Source: an uncultured bacterium (GTDB taxonomy: Bacteria; Actinomycetota; Acidimicrobiia; Spongiisociales; UBA5794). Taken from it: 64,000 nucleotides of DNA. Of the stretch, positions 27,437-37,399 are shown in pieces (positions within the stretch are counted from its first letter, which is position 1; the number at the start of each line of letters is the position of its first letter). The DNA lies in the NCBI GenBank assembly GCA_963801165.1, contig CAWDDT010000005.1, positions 256,001 to 320,000 on the forward strand, read 5' to 3'. The notes below the pieces were generated by a model. The model worked only from the letters and a program-made list of their open reading frames with translations. It was not told where the DNA came from and made no database searches. The translations under genes and the position numbers were made by a program.

Positions 27437-29849
27437 CTACAGGTGGCCACCCGATGCCGGACCGGGATCGATGAACACGGTCCGCCCATCGTCGGACAGG
27501 GCGACGCCATCGATCTCTCCCCCGGACGGATCGACGACCACAATCACCTCTTCGAACTCCGGGCCGGCAAAGCCCCTGAGCCAGTCAAGGTCGATACGGA
27601 GGCGCCTGTCCTGCGGATGGGTCGCCGGTTCGGGCAGTTGGGGCTCTCTGGTCGGCGCGACTACGTGGCGGTCGGGCTTCGCCTCGGGTACAGCCGGCTT
27701 CGGCTTGGGCCCGTGGACGATGTCGACCCCGAGCAGCCGAGTCAGGTAGTCGATCCCCGTGTCGTTCTGCATCTCGGCTACCGCGGTATCCGACCTTCTC
27801 CGCCACTCGGTGATCGGGAAGTTGCCGCCGAAGGCGACGAGGTTCACCCAGTTGCGCAGACCGTGCATCGTCTCGAGGACACGGGTCCAGCCTTCCTCGG
27901 TCACCGAGAACATCACCAGCCTCTGCACGTGGTCCCAGCGGGAGCCGGATTTGATGCGCTGTTCCTCCCAGTGGGTGAGCGCTCCACCGTCGAGGGACCC
28001 TGTCTCCATCTGTGTCTCGAAGCAACTCCCGGCTCCACTGGTCGAAGCCCGGTCCCATCACTATGTCTTCACGAAAGCGGCAGAGCGCGGCGTACTGACC
28101 GTCGAGGATCTCGTCGTACTCGTGGCTGGTGGCACGTAGGTCGAGGTCCCTGACCTCGTTGTTTTGCTGTGCGACATCAACCGCACGATGTGGTCTCGCC
28201 TGACCGCCTCGGACCGGGCGCGGGTTGCTCGGACCTTGGGTGACGACGATGTCGTCCTCGAGTGAGGCGAAGAACATGCTCTCGCCGGGGTCTCCCTGCC
28301 TACCCGCCCTCCCCCTGAGCTGATCGTCGACCCTACGGCTGGCGTGTCGCTCAGTGCCGATCACACACAGCCCTCCGAGCCGCACCACCGCGTCGTGCTC
28401 GGACTGGTCCGCACCGCCGAGCTTGATGTCGACGCCGCGCCCGGCCATGTTGGTCGCCACGGTCACCGCGCCGATCCGACCCGCCTCGGCGACGATGGCC
28501 GCCTCCGCAGCGTGGTGCTTGGCGTTGAGCACCTGATGTTTGATGTCGATGCCCCGCAGCCGGGCGCTCAGATACTCGGAGTGCGCCACCGTGGTCGTCC
28601 CGATCAGCAGAGGCTGCCCGGTGGCGTGTCTGGCGACGATCTCCTGCACAACCGCGTCGTACTTCTCCTCGGCGGATGCATACACCCGGTCCTCCTGGTC
28701 GACCCGGATCACGGGCCGGTGCGGAGGAATGGCCACGACGTCGATGCCGTAGGTGTCGCGGAACTCTAGATGGGCAGGCTGTGCAGTTCCCGACATGCCG
28801 ACCAGCGTCTCGTAGCGGGAGAAGTAGCTGCGGACGGTGATCTGCGCCAATGGCCGCGAGTCCTCCCGTATCTCGACGCCCTCTTTCGCTTCGACCGCCT
28901 GATGCAGGCCATCGGTCCACCGCCTCCCCGGGAGGACACGTCCGGTGAACTCGTCGACGATGCGGACCCGGCCACCCGTGACGACATAGTCCCGGTCACG
29001 ACGGACCGAGCAGCGCGCCCGCAGCGCCATGTGAATGTTGGCGCCTGCCGCAGAGCTCGGATCGGACATCGCTCCGGTACCGATCGATCGCTCGACCCTT
29101 TCGATACCCCTCTCTGTCAGCCATGCGGTGCGCTGCGCATCGTCGACCGCGAAGTCCACGCGGCGTACGAGGCCTGACACGATCCGGGCCGCATCGGCCA
29201 GGCCGGCAGGATCAACGGGCTCCCGCTTGGTCAACACGAACGGTATCCGGGCCTCGTCGAGCAGTATGAAGTCGATCTCGTCGACGAGTGCCGTGGCGTG
29301 GCCCCGCTGCATACGCGAGCCGGCCGTCAGGGTGTCGCGCAGATAGTCGAAAGCAAGCTCCCGGGCAGTGGCGTAGGTCACGTCACAGGCATACGCCGCC
29401 TGCTTGTCCAGCCGGCTCTTGGTGGGGCTGGTGACCCCGACGGTGACGCCGAGGTACTCGTAGAGTGGGCGCATCCACTCGGTGTCACGCCCGGCCAGGT
29501 AGTCGTTGGCGGTGGCGATGTGGACCGGGCCTTCGGGGACCAGGGCATAGGCCGCCAGCGCGGCGGCGAGCGTCTTTCCCTCGCCCGTGAGCATCTCGAT
29601 GGCGTGCCCCGAGGCAAGCGCCGCCGCACCCAGCATCTGCTCGTCGTGTGGTCGTTCGCCGATGGTACGGACGGCGGCGACTCGGGCACGCGCCAGTCGC
29701 TCGGCGAGATCGTTGGTTGGTGGTAGCAGCTGCAACTGCTGGTCGGTGAGTTTGGTCAGCTCAGGGGCGAGCTCGTTGGCATCTTCGAGCGTTCGGTAGA
29801 GCCGGCGTGGCGGCGGCCCGTTCAAGGCACGCCGGAAGTCGATGGGCAC
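27437..29849 (-). pseudogene. secA: SecA paralogue (SecA2-like), interrupted by an apparent frameshift near 27960-28057
   Basis: MLTGEGKT, ANDYLA.RD, DEID..LLDEAR, GLHQAVEAKE, GMSGTA, VLNAK, ATNMAGRG.DI, RRVDDQLRGRAGRQGDPG; the wing/scaffold-like segment (W..VLETM..LR..V.L.AFG..FP..E) lies in another frame (27437-28009). Confidence 0.8.
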
Positions 29850-30115
29850 AATGGTCTCCTCAGGTCGAGGCCCCAGCGGGGCGTCAGGCTGTTGCCGATA
29901 GAGGAGTGCCCGGTGGCGACGACAATCGCCGTGCCAGCCAGCTGCGCATGTGCTGAGCTGATGGGGTCTCGGCGGATTCGTGATCGCCGGACGTGATCCC
30001 GGGCCCCAGGAGAGGACGGCAGGAGTACGCCGCCTCCACATCGACCAGCACAAAGGCAATGGTCCAAAGTGCCGCGGCGACAGTGCGCACAACGGTGTTC
30101 ATCACGATCGCGAAC

Positions 30116-30172
30116 CTAGCGCTTCTGGCGTTGATACGCGCGACGATCTCGGTCATTATCGACGCCAGAACG
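30116..30172. repeat. Left palindromic inverted repeat of the DUF559 cassette
   Basis: CTAGCGCTTCTGGCGTTGAT...ATCGACGCCAGAACG; close match to the reverse complement of 31107-31164. Confidence 0.9.
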
Positions 30173-30216
30173 GCAAGGGTATTCACTCTCTGTCGCCTCG
30201 ATGTCACTGTGGTGGA

Positions 30217-31164
30217 GTGTCGGGACGAGAAACATTGCTCAACGAGATTGCACGAGATCAACGAGGTATCTTCACCGTGGCGCAAGCGCGGGCTTGCGGG
30301 TTCGCTCGGCGTACCGTCGCTGCCAGGGCTGCTCACGGCCGGTACGAGCAAATACACCCCGGAGTGTACGGCCTCGCAGGATCGGAGGAGACCTGGCACC
30401 GGCAGGTTACTGCTGCGGTCCTGTCCGCAAAGGTGCCATCGGCGGCGTCACATCAGACAGCGGCCTTCCTGTGGGGCATGACCGACCGTTGCCCCGAGCA
30501 CATCGAGATTGTCACACGACGCCACGTGCGTTTGGCACGATCCGCATTCGTGGTCCACGAATCCAAGGACCTTGACGAAAGCGACATCCATCTCGTTGAC
30601 CGCATTCCCACAACATCTCCAGCACGAACTCTCGTTGACCTGGGCGCCTCCGCACGCCTGGGCGTGGTCGCCAGATGCTTCGACAGCGCGCTCCGTGCGA
30701 AGCTCGTGTCCGTTGCAGAGGTCGACCAGATGGTCCGACGGGTTGCCCGCAAGGGCCGCACAGGGGTTGGCACCATCCGCCCGCTCATCGAGGAGCGGCT
30801 CCGTTGGCAATCAATCACAGAGAGCAGCTTGGAGGATCGGTTCCGGGCACTGCTGGACGGTGCCGGCCTGCCGCTACCGACAAGCCAATACCAGCTCTTC
30901 GAAGCCGACGGCGATTTCGTGGGGCGGTACGACTTCGCCTACGAAGGGTGCGCGGCAATCATCGAGCTCGACAGCGAGCGCTTCCACATGGATCCCGGCT
31001 CATTCCAGCGGGACCGTGAGAAGCAAACCCGTGCCCAGATGCTCGGTTGGACCGTGTACCGCTTCACCTGGCAAGACCTCACCACCCGACCGGACATGGT
31101 CATCAGCGTTCTGGCGTCGATTCTGACCCGAAATGACGCTCGTATCAACGCCAGAAGCGGCTAG
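30217..31164 (+). CDS. AbiEi-like N-terminal wHTH plus DUF559/Vsr-like PD-(D/E)xK nuclease protein
   Basis: A.DQRGIFT..QA...G, HPGVY, SHQTAAFLWG, PTTSPARTLVDL, ESSLE, DFAY.....IELDSERFH, DR......GW.VYRFTW. Confidence 0.85.
   Translation: MSGRETLLNEIARDQRGIFTVAQARACGFARRTVAARAAHGRYEQIHPGVYGLAGSEETWHRQVTAAVLSAKVPSAASHQTAAFLWGMTDRCPEHIEIVTRRHVRLARSAFVVHESKDLDESDIHLVDRIPTTSPARTLVDLGASARLGVVARCFDSALRAKLVSVAEVDQMVRRVARKGRTGVGTIRPLIEERLRWQSITESSLEDRFRALLDGAGLPLPTSQYQLFEADGDFVGRYDFAYEGCAAIIELDSERFHMDPGSFQRDREKQTRAQMLGWTVYRFTWQDLTTRPDMVISVLASILTRNDARINARSG
31107..31164. repeat. Right palindromic inverted repeat of the DUF559 cassette
   Basis: CGTTCTGGCGTCGAT...ATCAACGCCAGAAGCGGCTAG; the terminal CTAG provides the stop codons on both strands. 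Confidence 0.9.
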
Positions 31165-31841
31165 ATCAGGTCCAGAAGCTCCTCCAGGGTCTTGATCTCG
31201 TGGGTGATCGCGGCGTCCGGACCGGGTTGCTTACCGTCGGGGTTGTACCAGCAGGTGGCGATGCCGTAGTTGGCGCCGCCCTTGATGTCGGAGGCGAGGC
31301 TGTCGCCGACCATGAGCGCCGTCTCCTTTGGCGGATTGCCCAGCATGTCAAAGGTGATATCGAAGACTTCGGGATGTGGCTTGGCGACACCTACCTCGGC
31401 GGAGATGACGATCGCGTCAAAGAACCGCTCAAAGCCGAACCGGGCGATCTGCGGGCGTTTCACCTCGCTGAGCCCGTTGCTGAGCAGCGCCAGCGTGGCC
31501 AACGGCTCGAGCTTCTCGAGCACCTCGATCGTCCCCGGGTATAGGTCACCGAAGGTGGCGAGACCGGCGATGTAATCCTCCGCCATCTGCGCCACATCGC
31601 CGTCGCACCCGAGCTGTCTCACAAGTAGCTCGAACCGGCGCTCGCGCACCGCATCGGGTGGGATCTCGCTCTGCTCGACCTGCTTCCACAGACCGCGATT
31701 GATCTGCTTGTAGATCGGAAAGTGCTCCATCGGGTTGGAGACCCCCTGGTTGCGCAGCGTCACCGCAAAGGCTTTGCGCTCGGAGGCGGCGAAGTCGAGC
31801 AGGGTTGAGTCGAAATCGAGCAGAATCGTGGTGTAGGCCAT
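31161..31841 (-). CDS. YjjG-family HAD nucleotidase
   Basis: LDFDSTLLDF, SNG, ISAEVGVAKPHP, MVGDSLASDI.GG. Confidence 0.88.
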   Translation of the reverse strand: MAYTTILLDFDSTLLDFAASERKAFAVTLRNQGVSNPMEHFPIYKQINRGLWKQVEQSEIPPDAVRERRFELLVRQLGCDGDVAQMAEDYIAGLATFGDLYPGTIEVLEKLEPLATLALLSNGLSEVKRPQIARFGFERFFDAIVISAEVGVAKPHPEVFDITFDMLGNPPKETALMVGDSLASDIKGGANYGIATCWYNPDGKQPGPDAAITHEIKTLEELLDLI

Positions 31842-32107
31842 CGGGTTGCCAGTGTGCCACAGCCCAGCGCGCTTCTAACCGGTGACAAGCTCGGCCGACG
31901 GATGACGCACGGCCACAGTGGCCGCCAGCAGAGTACAGAACCTATCCCGACCAGCACAGACAACCAGATCTCGCTCGATAGTGAGCACCTCGTCGTCCGC
32001 TCGAGAGCGGCACGGCTGCGCTCGGCAGGGCAAACACTCGCTGTGGCGCAGACGTGTATTCCAGATACTGCTAGGGGGGAACCCAGCTTGGGTTTGCATA
32101 CGTCACA

Positions 32108-33871
32108 ATGTGGATGATGAGGCGTCAGAGTCGGTGGTCGTTGCTTGCTGCTTTGCTGGCGCTTGCCGTGTCGGCTTGTGGCGTGTCGGATGGCGCGCCC
32201 TCTGTCACCGAGTCGGAGACCGGGCGGGTTGTCGGCCACGAGGTCGAAGTTGATGCGTTCCGCGTGGATGTAACCGAGCAGGCGACTGCTGTCTTCGTGG
32301 TGACGGGAACCGTTCCTTCTTCCTGTTACGAGGCAGTCTTTGGCTTCGAGGAGCCATCTAGCGACGGGGTCATGATCGGTTCTACGGAGTCTTTGTTCGA
32401 TCCGACGTGCCGCGACGAAGGCGCCGCGGAGTTCTCGGTGTCAATGGAACTCACCGACCTTGCCCCGGACGATTATGTGGCTCGCCTTGATGAAACGTTC
32501 GAGGCACGGTTCTCGATTCCTGATAAGGCGGCCGACGAAGCGGCACAGGATTCGGCAGCCGGCAACGTTCCCGGGGGTGCCCCGGTTGTCATGGCCGATT
32601 GGGCCGCGTCCCCGTTCGAGGGAATTGTCCAGAGCTCAGATGTGGTCATTGTCGGGACGATCCAGACTGTTGACCCAATCACCAAGTGGAGCACACCGGA
32701 CGGTGCACTCGAGCCAACCTACAGCAGCGGCGACATGCCGGGCGGTCTGCCCGAAGAGTGGCAGGAGCTCACAGTCTCAGTCGACCAGGTGATCGTGGAT
32801 ATCCGAGGTTCTGTATCCACCACACCCGTGCTTGTGCGCTACCAGGTAACCCAACCCGGCTACCAACCAATCAGCGTGTCACAGCTGGGAGCACAGATCC
32901 TGGTGTCGGCGTTCTTCTCTCGGGTGCCGTATACGGATGGTTCGATCGTGGAGCAACTGACCCTCGACCCGCAAGGCACCTACCTGGAAACCACCACCGG
33001 TGACATGGCGCAATTGTTTAGCGTCGTCGATGGTTCCTACTACAGCGCCCGGGGAAGAGGACAAAGCGATTGCAGCGAGGCCGATCTCGTCACTCTCGAC
33101 GAGCTCGTCACCAGAGCAACCGGTCCAAGCGCTGACAAAACCAAGTGGCTGGGCTATGGAGAAGAACCATCCCCCTGTCCCACTGCCGCCGTTCCGGCCA
33201 CGGGTGAGTTGGTGGTGCCTTCGTGCCAGGACAACGCCATGTGTCCCCTTGCGTTTGTTCTCAACGACGTGTCCTACACGGTGAGCTGTGCCGCCATCCA
33301 AGAGTCGGCGGTAACCGACGACATAGTCGGCAGCGGCGACTTCCACGGCGACAATGTCACGGTCCATCGCATCGACGGGGTCGACGATTCGGTGATGGTG
33401 GCGCTCAGTGTCCCGGGCGGCTTCTGTTCGGAGAACGACCCTGACGAACGGCACACTCCATGGAGCATGGCATTTGCCGACGGAGCCAACGACGAGCAAC
33501 TCTCGGACGCAGTCTGCCAAGTCGGTGAGCTCTCTGCCGCACAGCGACTCGCCAACGGATGTCATCTCGGGCAAGAACTCCTGACCTGCGGCTCAGGACC
33601 CGGGTTTCCCCCCGATGTACCCGACGATCTGACCGTTTACCCAGAACCAACCGACAGCTTCGGTGCCGATATCGCCGCTCTCCTCGGGACAGACGATCCA
33701 GACGAACTCGTCGGCTGGCACGTCATCGTCGAAGAACGACAAAGTGACGGGAGCTACATCCAACTCCTGCTTCGTGAAGACCCCAACAGCCGTGAGCTGC
33801 AGTACCTACTCGACGGCAGCGCCGAAACCTTTGACGCGCCGCGCCGCTGCGAGCCCGAAGCGCTCGACTAG
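32108..33871 (+). CDS. Multi-domain putative lipoprotein
   Basis: Lipobox LAVSAC after a basic and hydrophobic signal; acidic, Cys-paired extracellular sequence. Confidence 0.7.
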   Translation: MWMMRRQSRWSLLAALLALAVSACGVSDGAPSVTESETGRVVGHEVEVDAFRVDVTEQATAVFVVTGTVPSSCYEAVFGFEEPSSDGVMIGSTESLFDPTCRDEGAAEFSVSMELTDLAPDDYVARLDETFEARFSIPDKAADEAAQDSAAGNVPGGAPVVMADWAASPFEGIVQSSDVVIVGTIQTVDPITKWSTPDGALEPTYSSGDMPGGLPEEWQELTVSVDQVIVDIRGSVSTTPVLVRYQVTQPGYQPISVSQLGAQILVSAFFSRVPYTDGSIVEQLTLDPQGTYLETTTGDMAQLFSVVDGSYYSARGRGQSDCSEADLVTLDELVTRATGPSADKTKWLGYGEEPSPCPTAAVPATGELVVPSCQDNAMCPLAFVLNDVSYTVSCAAIQESAVTDDIVGSGDFHGDNVTVHRIDGVDDSVMVALSVPGGFCSENDPDERHTPWSMAFADGANDEQLSDAVCQVGELSAAQRLANGCHLGQELLTCGSGPGFPPDVPDDLTVYPEPTDSFGADIAALLGTDDPDELVGWHVIVEERQSDGSYIQLLLREDPNSRELQYLLDGSAETFDAPRRCEPEALD

Positions 33872-34033
33872 TCCGACGACGCGGCGCATCCGTTCACCGC
33901 CACAGGGCCAAGAGCGAGACCTCATTCAGCATCTCAGAGGCAGCAGATCCCGGCCCCACCCAGGATCGTCAGGTATCGGTCGAGCGCACATTTCGCCAAG
34001 TGTCCGAGATCGGCAGACTTCGATGGCTGTCAC

Positions 34034-34639
34034 TCAAACCAGCTCACGCGCCTCTTCGAGGTTCTCCTTTGCCTCGTTGAGGGCGGCGACGGATACGAGT
34101 AGGGCGGCAAGCGGGTCTGCCCACCACCATCCGAAGGCCGCGTTCGCGGCAAGACCGAGCAGCACACCGAGGGCAAGCGCCGCATCGAGAAGCGACATCC
34201 GGGCCTCCGCCGATAGTGGCTCGCTGTGGAGATGTGCGCCCGTCGCCCGTTTGGCCAACCCGAGCAGGAGCATGGCGAGGACGGTGATTGTCATATAGGC
34301 GATGCCCCACGGCGACTCGCCCGGCACCGCATGGGTTGCGAGCGCCCAGATCGCCCCGGCGGAGACGACCAGCGCCAACCCGGCAAAGGCAAACGCGACG
34401 AGACGCAAGGCAAGAGCAGTGACCCGGTCGCTGTCTCGCCCGGGGTGCCGCAGGTGCCAGACAACGACCCCCGAGGCGAACAGCTCCACCATCGTGTCCA
34501 GCCCGAATGCGACCAGGGCAAGAGAGGCAGCGGCGATACCCAGCGCGATCGTGATCGTCATCTCGACCACGTTCCAGCCGATCGTCAGGTACTCGAGTCG
34601 AACGGCACGTTTCTCGAGATCTTGCTTCTGGTCGGTCAT
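34034..34639 (-). CDS. Short CDF-type cation transporter (TM domain only)
   Basis: LEYLTIGWNVVE, SLALVAFGLD..VE, GWWWADPLAAL. Confidence 0.82.
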   Translation of the reverse strand: MTDQKQDLEKRAVRLEYLTIGWNVVEMTITIALGIAAASLALVAFGLDTMVELFASGVVVWHLRHPGRDSDRVTALALRLVAFAFAGLALVVSAGAIWALATHAVPGESPWGIAYMTITVLAMLLLGLAKRATGAHLHSEPLSAEARMSLLDAALALGVLLGLAANAAFGWWWADPLAALLVSVAALNEAKENLEEARELV

Positions 34640-35062
34640 AGCGGCCGCCAGTGTCGCAGATCGCGGCCCATTGGCGCTGCAACCGTCGAGTAGCGACAAA
34701 GCCCGCAAGCCCCCGACACCTGTTCGGTGCCGGGGGCTGCTGCGGGATAGCCCCTACCTCTGGTCGGATGCTTGGGTCTGTGCTGCCTACCCGCTCCCCC
34801 TACCGCGAGCCGACGGCACCGCCAAGACGAACCCCACGGCGACACACCCCCCGATAGCGCCGTGCTGTCCAGACCGGTCTGTCCATTCCCGATAACAAGA
34901 CCAACAAGGCGCGCTCGTGATACAGCGTTTTCGCTACAAGGCGAGATTGCGGAGACGAAGCGCCCAGCCACGCGGCGTGGCATCGACCAAGCAAGGGCTA
35001 TGCCACCCCCCGTCAACGCACCCGGCGAGATAGGGTGATGCCGACATGCAGGAGACCAACAA

Positions 35063-35587
35063 GTGATCAGGTCGATCAAGTCCTGGCTGTACAGAAAGCT
35101 CGCCGTGAAGAAGAACGTCGCTATCGGCGCTCGCTTTCACGTGGGCCCGTTCAGCAGGATCTGGGCGCCGAACCGGCTTGTATTCGGCGACGATTGCTAC
35201 GTCGGGAAGTACTGCACGATCGAGGTCGACGGCGAGATCGGCGATGGGGTGCTCATTGCCAACAACGTGGGCCTGGTAGGCAGAGTCGATCACGATATCC
35301 ACGAAGTCGGCATGCTGATCAGCCGGTCGCGTTGGATCGGCGACCCGGATTACAACCCGGAGCGGACGACCATCAGGGTCGAGGACGACGTGTGGATCGG
35401 TTTTGGGGCCGTCGTCCTGAGTGGGGTGACCATCGGCCGCGGCGCCATCGTGGCGTCCGGGTCCGTCGTCACCAAGGACATACCGCCGTACGCCATCGTC
35501 GGCGGCAACCCCGCCAAGGTTCTCGCCCAGCGGTTCGACGAGGAGACGGCCGCAGAGCACGAGCGGCTGCTGAAGAAGCGTCGCTAG
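35063..35587 (+). CDS. Hexapeptide-repeat O-acyltransferase
   Basis: [47 protein letters not shown]. Confidence 0.88.
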   Translation: MIRSIKSWLYRKLAVKKNVAIGARFHVGPFSRIWAPNRLVFGDDCYVGKYCTIEVDGEIGDGVLIANNVGLVGRVDHDIHEVGMLISRSRWIGDPDYNPERTTIRVEDDVWIGFGAVVLSGVTIGRGAIVASGSVVTKDIPPYAIVGGNPAKVLAQRFDEETAAEHERLLKKRR

Positions 35588-35649
35588 CAACGGCACACAC
35601 CGGTCCGACGGGCCGGAATGGACCTACTGGACCCGGTGTTGTTAGGCAC

Positions 35650-36459
35650 ATGGCCAGACCGCTCACCCTCCTCCTCACGCTCACGTTGTTGCTCGGCGCC
35701 TGCAGCTCGAGTGGAACGAACGACACGACCATCCACGCGTTCTCCGAGGTTCAGGCGTCCGACTTCGTCTTTATGGCCGACCCGACCAATCCGGCGCGGG
35801 GCCTCTTCCAGGTCACCACCACCGAGCCGATGATCTGCGCGATCGTCTGGGGCGAGACCACCGACTACGGCAACTTCAACAACTCGCTGAACATGGCCGG
35901 AACCGGGATCGTGCAGCACGACGTGTTCCTCCCCGGCGCCCAGCCCGGTGTCGAGTACCACTACATCGTTCAAGGATCGACCGCAGACGGCACCCTGTAC
36001 CAGTCGGATCCGGGTACCTTCACCATCCCGGCTACCGAGGCCACCAGCGACACAGTCGACCGGGGCCCGGACCTCGCCCTCGGAGCGACGATCACGGCGG
36101 TGAGCTCGGAGTTCAACGACGCCTTTGCGGCCAGCAAGGCCGTCGACGGCGATCTGACTACGGAGTGGTCGACGGCGGGCGACGGCGACAATGCCTCGAT
36201 CACCCTCGACCTCGGCCAGCCGACACACGTGGCCACGATCGAGTTTCTCACCCGTTCGATGACCGACGGCACCGCGATCACCAACACCTTCACGGTGTCG
36301 GTCGACGGCGGCCAACCGCTCGGTCCGTTCTCGGCAGGGAATCCCGCCGACCCGCAGCCGGCATCGGTCGACGTCACAGGCACCCAGTTCGCCTTCCAGG
36401 TGGTCTCCTCAACGGGTGGCAACACCGGCGCCGTAGAGATCCAGATGTTCGGGAGCTGA
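35650..36459 (+). CDS. Lipoprotein with an FN3-like domain and a discoidin (F5/8 type C) domain
   Basis: Lipobox LLGAC; AVDGDLTTEWS, ITLDLG and AVEIQMFG discoidin motifs. Confidence 0.75.
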   Translation: MARPLTLLLTLTLLLGACSSSGTNDTTIHAFSEVQASDFVFMADPTNPARGLFQVTTTEPMICAIVWGETTDYGNFNNSLNMAGTGIVQHDVFLPGAQPGVEYHYIVQGSTADGTLYQSDPGTFTIPATEATSDTVDRGPDLALGATITAVSSEFNDAFAASKAVDGDLTTEWSTAGDGDNASITLDLGQPTHVATIEFLTRSMTDGTAITNTFTVSVDGGQPLGPFSAGNPADPQPASVDVTGTQFAFQVVSSTGGNTGAVEIQMFGS

Positions 36460-36473
36460 CGTCGTACAGATCG

Positions 36474-36881
36474 TTACAGGAACGGGTTGCGAACGGCCAC
36501 CCCGGAGATGATCTGACGGTCGTTGAGGTCCTCGGTGAGAAGCTCATCGCACCCGGAGCGGGCGGCGGCCTGAACGATCTGAGCATCCCACAGAGACAGC
36601 GAGTCGCGGTCGGCGATCTCTGCGGCTCCCCGCACCAGTCGATCGTCGATCGCCACGATCGGGAGCTTGCTCAGATGCTCGAAAGCCCTCATCGCCTCGG
36701 CGTGGGTAACGGGCGGTGTCAGCTTGTGCGTCGTGACGACGTAGAACTCGCTGAGTACCTGAGCGCTGGTGACGTAATCGACACCCGGGTCCTCGAGAAG
36801 CGCCTGTGCGACCGCCCGCTTGGTCGGCTCAGACCGATCGAAAGCGTAGACAAGGATGTTCGTGTCCAGGAAGACGCGCAT
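36474..36881 (-). CDS. vapC: PIN-domain toxin (VapC)
   Basis: FLDTNILVYA, SAQVLSEFY, SLWDAQI, LLTEDL, VRNPF. Confidence 0.9.
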   Translation of the reverse strand: MRVFLDTNILVYAFDRSEPTKRAVAQALLEDPGVDYVTSAQVLSEFYVVTTHKLTPPVTHAEAMRAFEHLSKLPIVAIDDRLVRGAAEIADRDSLSLWDAQIVQAAARSGCDELLTEDLNDRQIISGVAVRNPFL

Positions 36882-37117
36882 CAACTCTCCTCGTAGAGCT
36901 CATCCCGCGTCCACGCCCGACCTGAACCGTCCGCGCCGCTTGCGACCGATTTCGCCAGATCGACCAGATCGCCGAGAACGCCACGGTGACGATCCACGCC
37001 GGCGTATACCTCCAGATAGTCGCGCACGACGGCATTCACCGAAGTCCCTTGTTCGAGCGCACGAATGCGCGCCCTCCTGAGCACATCGCTATCAATCGCT
37101 AGGGTCAGATTTGACAC
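36881..37117 (-). CDS. Antitoxin (RHH/DUF6364-like)
   Basis: NLTLAID..VLRRARIRALEQGTSVNAVVRDYL, WTRDELYE; TGATG coupling. Confidence 0.85.
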   Translation of the reverse strand: MSNLTLAIDSDVLRRARIRALEQGTSVNAVVRDYLEVYAGVDRHRGVLGDLVDLAKSVASGADGSGRAWTRDELYEES

Positions 37118-37320
37118 AGGACCAGTGTAGCACGGGGTATGTGAGATGCTCATAGGTCGACCGTATCAGACAACGAGCCCACCCTCCATCCCTGTGCGCG
37201 GACGGCTGCTGGCAGGAGACCACTCCGTGGTGGCCACCCGAGCTTTGACCGTCGGCGAGTTCGAGCCCGGTCTGGCTTCGTTCCGTACGCCGTACTCCGA
37301 CCGCAACCCGAGACGCTCGG

Positions 37321-37350
37321 AGCCCCCGGTCACCGAGGTGACCGGGGGCT
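37321..37350 (-). terminator. Terminator-like hairpin downstream of the giant gene
   Basis: AGCCCCCGGTCAC-CGAG-GTGACCGGGGGCT, perfect 13-bp stem. Confidence 0.75.
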
Positions 37351-37352
37351 TG

Positions 37353-37394
37353 TCGAGGCCGGAACTTCGTTCCTATCGAGGCCGGAACTTCGTT
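37353..37394. repeat. 19-bp direct repeat, two copies
   Basis: TCGAGGCCGGAACTTCGTT at 37353 and 37376. Confidence 0.85.
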
Positions 37395-37399
37395 GGGCG

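Noticed and set aside
27585-27960. C-terminal part of the 835-aa ORF as genuine SecA sequence
   Set aside because: Arg/Pro-rich out-of-frame read-through; the SecA-like sequence continues in the 27437-28009 frame
31875-32099. Small ORF or possible PIN-domain remnant (EVLTIERDL)
   Set aside because: Similarity is too short and there is no supporting start or RBS
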